The translations under genes and the position numbers were made by a program. This document shows positions 25,967-35,148 of a DNA stretch of 64,000 bases, piece by piece (within the stretch, counting starts at the first letter, position 1; every line of letters starts with the position of its first letter). Origin of the DNA: an uncultured Actinomycetes bacterium (GTDB lineage Bacteria > Actinomycetota > Thermoleophilia > Gaiellales > Gaiellaceae); the NCBI GenBank assembly GCA_963746805.1, contig CAVVCQ010000007.1, positions 70,510 through 134,509 of the forward strand. Reading direction: 5' to 3'. A model generated the notes under the pieces. That model had not been told where the DNA came from and did not search any database. It was given only the letters and a program-made list of their open reading frames with translations.

Positions 25967-28741
25967 TTAGGAGCAGCCGGTGTTCGTGCCGCAGTCGCGG
26001 CACGTGTAGCAGCTGCCGGTGCGCACCATGCGGCCGCCGCAGCGGGCGCACTCGACCGCGTCCTCGAACGCGTTGAAGAGCGCCGTCTGGCCTGCCGCCG
26101 GAGCCGGGGCCGCCTCGGATGCCGCAGCCGGCGCGCCCGCCGCGTACGCGGCCGACAGCCGCGCCTTCACCTCGGGCGAGAGGATCCCGACCTCCTCCTG
26201 CTGGTCGACGGTGAGGAACTTCTTGCCGAACCAGCGGAAGATGTAGTCGACGATGGACTTCGCCACACGGATGTCCGCATCGTTCGTCGTCCCGCTCGGC
26301 TCGAAGCGCATGTGCGAGAGCTTCGAGACGTAGACCTCCGGCGGCACGCCGTACTGGAGGCCCATCGAGACCGCGATCATCAGCGAGTTCATCAGGCCCT
26401 GGAGCGTCGTCCCGTCCTTCGCGATGTCGACGAAGATGTCGCCCGGGGTGCCGTCCTCGAACAGGCCGACGTGGATGTAGCCCTCGTACTCGCCGACGCG
26501 GAACTTGCGGCCGACCTCGGTGCGGTCCTCGGGGACGCGCCGCCGCTGCGGCTTCGCCTGCCCCACGACGAGCGCCTCGATCCCGGCGAGCGAGGCCGCG
26601 CCGGTCTTGTCCTTCTGGCCCGAGAGCGGCTGGGCGACCTTGCAGTTGTCGCGGTAGATCGCGATCGCCTTCACGCCGAGCTGCCACGACTCGACGAGCA
26701 GCTGCGCCACCTCGTCGACGCTCGTCTCCTCGGGGAGGTTGACCGTCTTCGAGATCGCCCCGGAGATGAACGGCTGGACGGCGCCCATCATCTTCACGTG
26801 GCCCATGTACTGGATCGCCCGCTCGCCGATCGCGCAGTCGAAGATCGGGTAGTGCTCCGTCTTCAGGTGCGGGGCGCCGACGACCGAGTTGCGCTCGTCG
26901 ATGAACGCCTCGACCTCCTGCTGCTCCGCCGGCGCGTAGCCGAGCTTCTCGAGCGCCATCGGCACGGTCTTGTTCACGATCGTGATCTCGCCGCCGCCGA
27001 CGAGCTTCTTCGACTTCACGAGCGAGAAGTCGGGCTCAACGCCGGTCGTGTCGCAGTCCATCATGAAGCTGATCGTCCCGGTCGGCGCGAGCACGGTCGC
27101 CTGTGCGTTGCGGTAGCCGTGCACCTCGCCGAGGTCGAGCGCCTCGTCCCAGGCGGTGCGGCACGCGGTGAGCAGGTCGGACGGGACCGACTCCGTGTGC
27201 TCGATGTTCCCGACCGCGGCCCGGTGCTTCGCGATCACGCCGATCATCGCCGCCGCGTTCGGCCGGTAGCCCGCGAACGGGCCCATCCGGCCGGCGATCT
27301 CGGCCGACTTCCGGTACGCGCGGCCCGTCATCAGCGCCGTGATCGCGGCCGCGTACGCGCGACCCTCGTTCGAGTCGTACGGGAGCCCGCGCGACAGCAG
27401 CAGCGCGCCGAGGTTCGCGTAGCCGAGCCCGAGCTGCCGGTAGGCGACCGCGTTGCGGCCGATCTCCGGCGTCGGGTACGACGAGTAGCCGACGAGGATC
27501 TCCTGCGCGAGGAACATCGTCTCGACCGCGTGTGTGAAGGCCTCGACGTCGAGCTCCCCGTCCTCGCGCCGGAACTTCATGAGGTTCAGCGAGGCGAGGT
27601 TGCAGGCCGAGTCGTCGATGGACATGTACTCCGAGCACGGGTTCGACGCGTTGATGCGGCCCGTGTTCGGGAGCGTGTGCCAGGCGTTGATGGTCGTGTC
27701 GTACTGGACGCCCGGGTCGGCGCACTCCCACGCGGCCGCGGCGATCTGCTTCATCAGCTCGCGCGCGTCGGCGGTCTCGACGACGGTGCCGTCGGTGCGG
27801 GCGACGAGGTTCCACTCCTTGCCCTCGATCACGGCCTCCATGAACGCGTCGGTGACGCGGACGGAGTTGTTCGCGTTCTGGTACTGGATCGAGGCCCAGT
27901 CGGGCGAGTCCAGCGACATGTCGTAGCCGGCCGCCTCGAGGACACGCGCCTTGCGCTCCTCCTTGGCCTTGCACCAGATGAACTCCTCGACGTCCGGGTG
28001 GTCGACGTCGAGCACGACCATCTTCGCGGCGCGCCGCGTCTTGCCGCCCGACTTGATCGTCCCCGCCGAGGCGTCGGCGCCGCGCATGAAGGAGACGGGC
28101 CCGGAGGCGTGGCCGCCCTTCGAGAGCTGCTCCTTCGAGGAGCGCAGGCGCGAGAGGTTGACGCCGGAGCCGGAGCCGCCGCGGAAGATGACGCCCTCGC
28201 GGCGGATCCAGTCGAGGATCGACTCCATCGAGTCGTCGATCGAGAGGATGAAGCAGGCCGAGCACTGCGGCTTCTCCTCGAACCCGACGTTGAACCAGAC
28301 CGGGCTGTTGAAGGAGGCCAGCTGGTGGACGAGGATGAAGCTCAGCTCGTCCTCGAAGGTCTGCGCCTCCTCGTCGCTCGCGAAGTAGCCGCCGTTGCGG
28401 CCCCAGGCGACGATCGTGTCGACGACGCGGCCGATCATCTGCTTCACGGAGCGCTCGCGGTCGGGCGAGCTGAGGCGGCCGCGGAAGTACTTCTGCGCGA
28501 CGATGTTCGTCGCGGTCTGCGACCAGAACTTCGGGAACTCGACGTCCTTCTGCTCGAACGCCGGGCCGTTCTTGCCGGGGATGGTCGCGTCGCGGATCTC
28601 CCACTCGACCTCGTCGAACGGCGCCCGTCCCGGGATCGTGAAGTACCGGCGCACGCCCAGGTGCGCGGCAGCGTCGATCACCTCGTTCGTGATCTCCGTG
28701 TCCTGTGCCTCGACTGCCGCTGCTTCCTTCGCGCTGGCCAT
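25967..28741 (-). CDS. nrdJ: adenosylcobalamin-dependent (class II) ribonucleoside-diphosphate reductase
   Basis: 924 aa. Carries FPKFWSQTATNIVAQKYFRG, NPCSEYMSIDDSACNLASLNL and GGGEITIVNKTV. C-terminal Cys cluster is CARCGGRMVRTGSCYTCRDCG. Confidence 0.92.
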   Translation of the reverse strand: MASAKEAAAVEAQDTEITNEVIDAAAHLGVRRYFTIPGRAPFDEVEWEIRDATIPGKNGPAFEQKDVEFPKFWSQTATNIVAQKYFRGRLSSPDRERSVKQMIGRVVDTIVAWGRNGGYFASDEEAQTFEDELSFILVHQLASFNSPVWFNVGFEEKPQCSACFILSIDDSMESILDWIRREGVIFRGGSGSGVNLSRLRSSKEQLSKGGHASGPVSFMRGADASAGTIKSGGKTRRAAKMVVLDVDHPDVEEFIWCKAKEERKARVLEAAGYDMSLDSPDWASIQYQNANNSVRVTDAFMEAVIEGKEWNLVARTDGTVVETADARELMKQIAAAAWECADPGVQYDTTINAWHTLPNTGRINASNPCSEYMSIDDSACNLASLNLMKFRREDGELDVEAFTHAVETMFLAQEILVGYSSYPTPEIGRNAVAYRQLGLGYANLGALLLSRGLPYDSNEGRAYAAAITALMTGRAYRKSAEIAGRMGPFAGYRPNAAAMIGVIAKHRAAVGNIEHTESVPSDLLTACRTAWDEALDLGEVHGYRNAQATVLAPTGTISFMMDCDTTGVEPDFSLVKSKKLVGGGEITIVNKTVPMALEKLGYAPAEQQEVEAFIDERNSVVGAPHLKTEHYPIFDCAIGERAIQYMGHVKMMGAVQPFISGAISKTVNLPEETSVDEVAQLLVESWQLGVKAIAIYRDNCKVAQPLSGQKDKTGAASLAGIEALVVGQAKPQRRRVPEDRTEVGRKFRVGEYEGYIHVGLFEDGTPGDIFVDIAKDGTTLQGLMNSLMIAVSMGLQYGVPPEVYVSKLSHMRFEPSGTTNDADIRVAKSIVDYIFRWFGKKFLTVDQQEEVGILSPEVKARLSAAYAAGAPAAASEAAPAPAAGQTALFNAFEDAVECARCGGRMVRTGSCYTCRDCGTNTGCS

Positions 28742-28873
28742 GTGCGCCCTCCCGATCGGTCCGTGCCGGCTAAAGAGTTGGGGGCGGGACCATAGATGGA
28801 GCGCCAGACAGCACCCGCGAGGCGGCTCGACTGCGCCCGTTTGCAGGGGAAATGATAGCTGCGCGAGGGCTCG

Positions 28874-29467
28874 CTACGCGACGGGCGGGCCGCCGTCGAA
28901 GCCCCTCCGCGCCTGGATCTTGCGGGCCACGAAGCTCGCGGCTGCAGCGCCCAGCAACAGCACTGCGAGGCCGCCCAGGACGAGCAGCGGGACGGGGATC
29001 TCGTCCGCCGACGAGGGGCGGAAGGTCTCGAGCAGGCCGCCGTCGTCGCCGCCGTCGCTGCCGGGCAGCGGCGGGGCCGCCTCACCATCGCCCTCCGTCG
29101 GATCGTCCGCCTTCGGCCCGGCCTCGTTCCCCGGGCCCGGCGGGATCGGGTCGTCCGCGTCCAGCGCGCTGCCCTTCCGGCGCGCAGCCGAGAGGAGCGC
29201 CCGCTCGAGGTCCTCGCGCGCGGTCGAGTACGCCTCGACGTCCTCCGGCAGGTTCTTGATCGCGGCGCGGTAGCAGCTGGCCGGGTAGGTGCGGTCGATC
29301 CTGCCGTCGTACCAGTCGTTGATCAGCCGCTTCCAGCACGGGGTCGCGGCGTCCGCCTGCGGTGCCGTGACGCTCGCGCCGAACGAGGCGGCGACGAGAA
29401 CGAGCAAGAGTGTCAGCAGGCGTCTCGGAGTCACAACGGAGCGGCGGGACGGAGCCATCGCGGCCAC
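28874..29467 (-). CDS. hypothetical exported protein with C-terminal membrane anchor
   Basis: N-terminal signal is RRLLTLLLVLVAASFGASV. Has an acidic Pro/Gly-rich linker. C-terminal TM is IPVPLLVLGGLAVLLLGAAAASFV, followed by basic residues. Confidence 0.6.
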   Translation of the reverse strand: MAAMAPSRRSVVTPRRLLTLLLVLVAASFGASVTAPQADAATPCWKRLINDWYDGRIDRTYPASCYRAAIKNLPEDVEAYSTAREDLERALLSAARRKGSALDADDPIPPGPGNEAGPKADDPTEGDGEAAPPLPGSDGGDDGGLLETFRPSSADEIPVPLLVLGGLAVLLLGAAAASFVARKIQARRGFDGGPPVA

Positions 29468-29572
29468 CTGCCCTGCGCCAGTGTTCCTGAACCGCGTGAT
29501 CCGTGCGTGATCGGCCTGTTAGGGCTTTGTAAGCCGGACGGTCGTCGCCGGTGACGTTGCTAGCGTCGCCCG

Positions 29573-31538
29573 ATGCGCGGCGGGCTGACGGACGGGGGAA
29601 CGGCCGTCGCGCGCGCCCCGCTCCCGTGGCTGCCGGTCGCGTTCGTCCCCGTCGCCCTCGTCGTGCTGGCCGGCGGCGGCTCCGATCCGGTCCGGCTGGC
29701 GTGGCTGACGCTCGTCGCGCTGGCGGCGCTCGCCGTGCTGGGGATCGCGGTCCTGCGCGGCTCGCTCGCGCCCGCGCGGCCCGGCCCCGACGCGCTCCTC
29801 CTCGTCGGCGCGCTCGCGGCGCTCGTGGCGTGGCAGGGGGTCAGCGTGCTGTGGTCGATCGAGGGTGACCGCACCTGGGAGGTCTTCAACCGCGGCCTCG
29901 CCTACCTCGCCTTCCTCACGCTCGGCTGGCTCGCGGCCGCCGCGGCCGACTCGATCCGCGCGCCGGCGGCGGCCCTGGCGGCGCTTCTCGGCACCGTCGT
30001 CGTCTGGGCCCTGCTCGGGGCGGTGATCCCCGCCCTTGGGCCGGACACCGACCGCAGCGCGCGGCTTCAGGAGCCGGTGCAGTACTGGAACGGGCTGGCG
30101 CTGCTGCTGGCCGTCTCGCTGCCGCTCTGGCTGTGGTTGGCGGCCCGGCGCGAACACGTCCCACGCGTGCGCGCGGGCGCGACGGCGATGCTCTTCCTCG
30201 CGCTGGTGGCGCTCGCGCTGACGACGTCGCGCGGCGGCGTGCTGGCGGCGCTGGCGGCGCTGGGCATCTGGCTCGCGGTCGCCCGGCCCAGGCTCGAGTC
30301 CGTCGGCGCGCTCGCACTCGCCGGCATCCCGGCCGTCGCGGTCGCGGTGTGGGCACTGCTCGGGTCGGTCATCGCCGATGCCGGGCCGCTGAACGGCGAG
30401 CGCCGCACCGACGGCGCGATCCTCGGCGTCCTCCTCGTCGTCGGCGCGGCCGGCGTGGTCGTGGCGGCCCTCCGTCTCGCGCGTCTCGCGCCGACCGACC
30501 CGGTCCGGCGCAGGATCGGGCGCGCGCTTCTCCTTGCCGGCGCCGTGGCTGCGGTCGTCGCCGTCGTCGCCGTCCTCGTCGCCGTCGACGTCGGCCAGGC
30601 GTGGGACGACTTCCGCAACCCGCCGGCGGTGCAGGTGACGACCGGCGCGGGCTCGCGTCACCGACGTGAGCTCCAACCACCGCTGGACGTGGTGGACGCA
30701 GGCGTGGGAGCTGTTCCGCGACGAGCCGTGGGCCGGCTGGGGCGCGGGGACGTTCGAGCTCGCGCGGCGGCCGATCCGCGAGGACAGCATCGCGCCGCTC
30801 GATCCGCACGACCTCCCGCTCGCCGCGCTCGCCGAGACGGGGGTCGTCGGCTTCGCGCTGCTGCTCGCGGTCGTCGCGGGCGGGGCCTGGGTCGCGGCTG
30901 CGGCGGTCTCCCGGCTACGGGACGACGAGCGGGCCGCTGCCATTGCGCTCGCGGCCGGAGCGGCCGCCTGGCTCGTCCATTCCCTCGTGGACATGCCCTG
31001 GCAGTACGCGGCCGTCACGGCGCCCGTGCTCTTCGGGCTCGGCGCGCTCGCCGCCGCCGGGCGGCCCGTGGTGCGCCGCCGCGCCGGCCGCCCGGGGCTC
31101 GCCACCGTCGCCGTCGCGGCCGGGCTCCTCGCGGTCGCCGTCTCGGTCGCGTCCCCGGCCGTGGCTCACCGGGAGAGCCAGGCCGCGTTCGATGCGCTGC
31201 TCGAAGGCGACACCGCCGGCGCCGTCGACGCCGCGAAGAACGCGCGCAGCCTCGACCCGCTCTCGGTCGAGCCGGTGATCGTCCAGGCGACCGCGGAGGA
31301 GATCCGGGGCAACCTCGACGAGGCAGAGCGCCTGTTCCGCCACGCCGTCGAGCTTCAGCCGCGCAACCCGCGGGGGTGGTACGAGCTGGGCCGCTTCGAG
31401 TTCGAGGCGCGTCGGCGGCTCGAGCCCGCCTTCGTCTACGCCGACCGCTCCTACGCGCTCGATCCACGCCCCCAGACGACGGGCGAGCTGCTCGACGCGA
31501 TCCGCTCGGCGATGGAGGCCCGGCTCGACGAGGACTAG
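29573..31538 (+). pseudogene. O-antigen-ligase (Wzy_C)-like polytopic membrane protein with C-terminal TPR region; reading frame broken near 30640-30665
   Basis: Frame 2 (29573...) gives about 10 TM helices up to ...NPPAVQVTTGAGS and then turns Arg-rich. Frame 0 is open from 30639 and continues ARVTDVSSNHRWTWWTQAWELFRDEPWAGWGAGTFE (typical Wzy_C), two more TM helices and TPR-like repeats to TAG 31538. The alternative reading is two separate CDSs, the second starting at GTG 30666. Confidence 0.7.
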
Positions 31539-32033
31539 GCGCGCGCCGAGGACGAGCGCCACGTGCGCGCCGAGCAGCTGCTTCGGCGTGATCCCGTCGA
31601 GCGGCGCGACGATCCGCACCTTGAGGTCGGCGGCGAGGCGGCGGGCCTCGGCCTCGCGGCCGGGGCGGTAGAGGACGAGCGTGCGGCGGTAGTCCGACCG
31701 CGGCGCGTTGCCGACGCTGCCGACGACGTAGCCGAAGGACTTCACGCGCGCGGCGGCGGTGCCGGCGGCGCCGGCGATCCCGTTCCCGTTCAGCACGACG
31801 ATTGCGGTCTCGGCGCGGGGGAGCGCCTTCGTGCTCGGCGCCGGGCGTTTCTGCGGCGCGACCGGCGTCAGCGTTCGCTCGACGGCGACCCGCTTCGCCC
31901 CGTGCGCGACCGGCTCCGCGATCGCGCCGACCGCGAGGACGAGGAGCGCCCCGAGCTCGACGACGGCAATCGCCGACGCGACGACCGCGGCCGTCTTCCA
32001 GGGACGGAGGGGGAGAGAATGCGCGTGGTCCAT
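31535..32033 (-). CDS. membrane-anchored LytR_C (LytR/CpsA/Psr C-terminal) domain protein; 3' end uncertain
   Basis: MDHAHSLPLRPWKTAAVVASAIAVVELGALLVLAV (TM), then TAIVVLNGNGIAGAAGTAAARVKSFGYVVGSVGNAP...TLVLYRPG...HVALVLGA. The computed ORF runs on to 30915, antisense to the TPR gene, with junk-like sequence. An out-of-frame TAG at 31535-31537 is the expected end. Confidence 0.6.
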
Positions 32034-32072
32034 GCGCGGAGCGACCTGTTCGCCGCAGCCGCGTCCGTTCCT

Positions 32073-32982
32073 CTAGCGCGCGGAGGCCCACTCCCAGGTG
32101 CGGCGCAGCCCGGACTCGAGCGACTCGGCGGCGCGCCAGCCGAGCTCGCGGGCGCTCGTCTCCGGGTCGAGCACGCTGCGCAGCAGGTCGCCCGGCCGCG
32201 CCGGCCCGTACTGCGGGTCGGCGCCGTTGCCGGCCGTCTCGCGGCACACGGCGTAGAGCCGGTTGACGGAGGTCTCGACGCCGGTCCCGACGTTGAAGAC
32301 CCCGCCGCCGTCGTGGCCCACCGCGGCGAGCGAGCGCCGCGACCACGTCGCCGACGTAGACGAAGTCGCGGGTCTGCTCGCCGTCGCCGAAGATCGTCAC
32401 GGGCTCGCCGTCGCGGAGCCGGTCCATGAAGATCGCGACGACGCCGCCCTCGAGCTTCGCGAGCTGGCGCGGGCCGTAGACGTTGGCGAAGCGGAGCGCG
32501 ACGTTCCGCGTCCCGTGCAGCCGGTTCCACGCCGCCAGGTACTCCTCGCCGGCCAGCTTGGACGTGCCGTACGGGGACAGTGGCGCGCGTGGATCGTCCT
32601 CGCGCGCCGGGCGCGTGCACTCGCCGTAGATCGCGCCGCCCGTGGAGCTGAAGACGAGCGGCGCCCCGGCCGCGCGGGCCGCCTCGAGCACGCGCAGCGT
32701 CCCGAGCACGTTCACCTGCGCGTCGAACTCGGGACGCTCGACGGAGGTGCCCACGTCGGCCTGCGCGGCGAGATGGAAGACCGCCTCGGGCCGCGCCTCG
32801 GCGAAGACGTCGTCGAGCGGCTCGCGAATGTCGCGCTCGTGGAAGGCGGCCGCGTCCGGGACGTTCGCGCGGCTGCCGGTGGCGAGGTTGTCGATCACGT
32901 GCACCTCGTCGCCGCGCGCGAGCAGCGCCTCGGCGAGATGCGAGCCGATGAACCCCGCGCCCCCTGTGACGACCGCTCGCAC
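32073..32982 (-). pseudogene. NAD-dependent epimerase/dehydratase (UDP-glucose 4-epimerase-like), frame broken near 32316-32335
   Basis: N-terminal part, from ORF 31015..32982: MRAVVTGGAGFIGSHL...SPYGTSKLAGE...DGEQTRDFVYVGDVV. The C-terminal part continues in another frame as ORF 32073..32321 (GHDGGGVFNVGTGVETSVN...PGDLLRSVLD). A single extra base in GGTGGGCC would explain the break. Confidence 0.8.
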
Positions 32983-33003
32983 CGGCCCTATCCTAGGCCC
33001 GCC

Positions 33004-33600
33004 GTGTTCGTCACCTTCGAGGGAATCGACGGGTCGGGGAAGTCGACCCAGGCCGAGCTGCTCGGCGAGGCGCTCCGTGCGGAGGGGCGCGACGTCGTCC
33101 TCACGCGCGAGCCCGGCGGGACGGCGCTCGGCGAGCGCGTGCGCGAGCTGGTGCTCGACGGGCCGGAGATCTCGCCGTGGGCCGAGGCCGCGCTCTTCGC
33201 GGCGGCCCGTGCGGAGCTCGTGGCGGAGGTCATCCGGCCGGGACTCGAGCGCGGCGCGGACGTCGTCTGCGACCGCTACGTCGACTCGTCACTCGCCTAC
33301 CAGGGCATCGCCCGCGGGCTCGGGCTCGACCGGGTGCTCGAGTTGAACCTCGCCGTCGTCGGCGGCCTGCTTCCCGACGCCACCTTCCTCCTGCTCGTCG
33401 ATCCCGCCGACGCGCTGCGGCGGAGCGGCGCCGACCCGGACCGGATCGAGCGCGAGGGGCTCGGCTTCCTCGGCCGGGTCGACCAGGCGTACCGCGAGCT
33501 GGCCGAGGCCTTCCCGCAGCGCATCTCCGCCGTCGACGGGTCGCGCCCCGCCGACGAGATCGCGACCCTCATCCGTGGACAGCTTCGAGCGGCTGCCTGA
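33004..33600 (+). CDS. tmk: thymidylate kinase
   Basis: GTG 33004 gives VFVTFEGIDGSGKSTQAELL...TREPGGT...CDRYVDSSLAYQG. Confidence 0.88.
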   Translation: MFVTFEGIDGSGKSTQAELLGEALRAEGRDVVLTREPGGTALGERVRELVLDGPEISPWAEAALFAAARAELVAEVIRPGLERGADVVCDRYVDSSLAYQGIARGLGLDRVLELNLAVVGGLLPDATFLLLVDPADALRRSGADPDRIEREGLGFLGRVDQAYRELAEAFPQRISAVDGSRPADEIATLIRGQLRAAA

Positions 33601-34645
33601 GCAGGAGGAGGCCAAGCGCCTCCTCCGCGCGGCGCTCGCGGAGCGGCCGGCGCACGCGTACCTGCTCCACGGGCCGCCGGGGGTCGGGAAGCGGGCGGCG
33701 GCGCTGGCGTTCGCCGGGGAGTTGCTCGGCGACGCGGCGCGGGTCGAGCGGCGCACGCATCCCGACCTGTACGTGCTGGAGCCGCTCGGCGACCAGATCC
33801 GGATCGACGAGATCCGCGAGCTGCGGCGCGACCTGCACATGCGGCCGTTCGAGGCCTCGCACCGGGTGTACCTCGTCCTCGGCGCCGACCGGATGAACGA
33901 GGACGCCGCCGACGCGCTGCTCAAGGACCTCGAGGAGCCGCCGCCGTACGTGGTCGTCCTCCTCGTCGCGGACGACCTCGGGCCGCTGCCGGAGACGATC
34001 CGCTCCCGCTGCCAGCCCGTCGCGTTCCACCGGCTGTCGGAGCGGGCGATCCGCGAGGCGCTCGCGGCCCGCGCGCCGGGGCTGCCCGAGGCGGAGCAGA
34101 CGGCGCTCGCCCGGGTGGCGGCGGGGCGGCTCGACCGGCTCGCGCGGCTGCTCGACGCGAAGGCGGCGGAGCGTCGCCAGGTGCTGCTCGAGGTGGCGCG
34201 GGACGTCTATCGCGACCCGGCGTTCGAGCCTGCCCGGGCGGCCGCGGCGCTGCTCGAGGGCGTCCGCGAGCACGCGGCCGAGGCCAAGGCCGCCGAGGAG
34301 GTCAAGCTCGACGGGCTCGACCTGCCCACGCGCGAGGCCGAGCAGCGGGCGCGCCGCGCCGCCTTCGGAGCGGAGCGCGAGGAGCTGCTCGCGACCCTCG
34401 AGGAGCTCGCGGCCTGGTACCGGGACCTGGTGGTCGCGGGCGCAGGCGCGCGCGAGGCGGTCGTCCACGTCGACCGGCTCGCGGAGATCGACGAGGACGG
34501 GACGCGGGAGCGGCTCCTCGGCGCCGAGCGGGCCGCGGAGCACGTGCGGGCGCTCTGGCGTCAGGTCGAGGAGTTCAACCTGAGCCCGCAGCTCGCCCTC
34601 GAGGCGCTGTTCGTCCGGCTGCGACGCGAGCTCGCGACCGGCTGA
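33575..34645 (+). CDS. holB: DNA polymerase III subunit delta'
   Basis: HAYLLHGPPGVGKRAAALAFAGELL, HPDLYVLEP, ALLKDLEEPPPYVVVLLV, RSRCQPVAF. Overlaps tmk by 26 nt. Confidence 0.85.
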   Translation: MDSFERLPEQEEAKRLLRAALAERPAHAYLLHGPPGVGKRAAALAFAGELLGDAARVERRTHPDLYVLEPLGDQIRIDEIRELRRDLHMRPFEASHRVYLVLGADRMNEDAADALLKDLEEPPPYVVVLLVADDLGPLPETIRSRCQPVAFHRLSERAIREALAARAPGLPEAEQTALARVAAGRLDRLARLLDAKAAERRQVLLEVARDVYRDPAFEPARAAAALLEGVREHAAEAKAAEEVKLDGLDLPTREAEQRARRAAFGAEREELLATLEELAAWYRDLVVAGAGAREAVVHVDRLAEIDEDGTRERLLGAERAAEHVRALWRQVEEFNLSPQLALEALFVRLRRELATG

Positions 34646-34653
34646 ATCCGGGG

Positions 34654-34715
34654 CTGACCCCTGTCATGTCGATCCGGCCGCGTCGGGTCTGACCCCTGTC
34701 ATGTCCGATCCGGCC
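34654..34715 (+). repeat. two direct copies of a 26/27-nt unit
   Basis: CTGACCCCTGTCATGTC(C)GATCCGGCC occurs at 34654-34679 and 34689-34715, immediately after the holB stop. Confidence 0.85.
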
Positions 34716-34780
34716 ACGGCCGGTGTCAGACACGAAGGGATAGGTCCCGGATCAAAACCCACCAGGTCTCGGAGCAATCG

Positions 34781-34834
34781 GACGGGCGGGATCGCCGCGT
34801 GCCCCGTCCAGGGGCACAGCGCATCCCGCCCGTC
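34781..34834. other. long two-tier stem-loop in a non-coding region
   Basis: GACGGGCGGGAT-cgccgc-GTGCCCC-gtcca-GGGGCAC-agcgc-ATCCCGCCCGTC. The outer stem is 12 bp perfect and the inner stem is 7 bp perfect. Confidence 0.7.
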
Positions 34835-35023
34835 ACGACACGCCCGTGCCGATGAGAACCGGGTTGCTGGCCGGAGCGCCCGCACCGAAGGTGCGCGCGC
34901 GCAGGCCACACGATCAGGCCCGGTCACTGCAACGAGAGACGGCCCCTCGGCCGGAGGGCGGTTCATCCGCCCGGGAGGCCACACCGAGGCCACTCGAAGC
35001 CCTCAGGCAGAAGGAGGGGGCCT

Positions 35024-35048
35024 GTGGGGGAACCATGGGTTCCCCCAC
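35024..35048. promoter_or_regulatory. perfect 25-nt palindrome upstream of the sigma-factor gene
   Basis: GTGGGGGAACC-ATG-GGTTCCCCCAC lies about 100 nt upstream of the proposed TTG start at 35149. It could be a hairpin or a dimer-binding site. Confidence 0.5.
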
Positions 35049-35148
35049 ACGAATTACACTCGTTCGAGGGATACGGATCCGTCGAATCTCGCCGAGGATC
35101 GGACGGGACGCACTCGTGCGTTTCGCCGCCAACGCAGGGAGGAGGGAC

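Noticed and set aside
25919-28795. Very long ORFs antisense or out of frame to real genes. Examples: 958 aa opposite nrdJ, 911 aa at 48448-51183 opposite groEL/ES, 810 aa at 1645-4077, 845 aa at 14109-16646 upstream extension, 614 aa at 43924-45768.
   Set aside because: They are Arg/Pro/Ala/Gly-rich with no motifs. They overlap genes with clear family signatures. Long stop-free shadow frames like these are expected in very GC-rich DNA. Only the recognisable C-terminal parts were kept where relevant.
28742-28873. Possible NrdR box (CTCCATCTATGGTCC) or cobalamin riboswitch upstream of nrdJ.
   Set aside because: There is only one weak partial palindrome (about 10 of 16 matches to acaCwAtATaTwGtgt) rather than the usual tandem pair. 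No B12-box is present. A motif scan would be needed.
34646-35148. Tested the structured intergenic region by eye against several RNA families: tmRNA (starts GGGGCUGA), SRP RNA (GGUCCGGAAGGAAGCAGC), RNase P (GAGGAAAGUCCGGGC), the cobalamin B12 box and SAM-IV (GCUUGCUGGCCGGCAACCC).
   Set aside because: Only short chance-level resemblances were found, such as GGGUUGCUGGCCGG and GGGGCTGACCCC. The defining conserved blocks are absent, and the genomic context (a sigma factor) does not fit.
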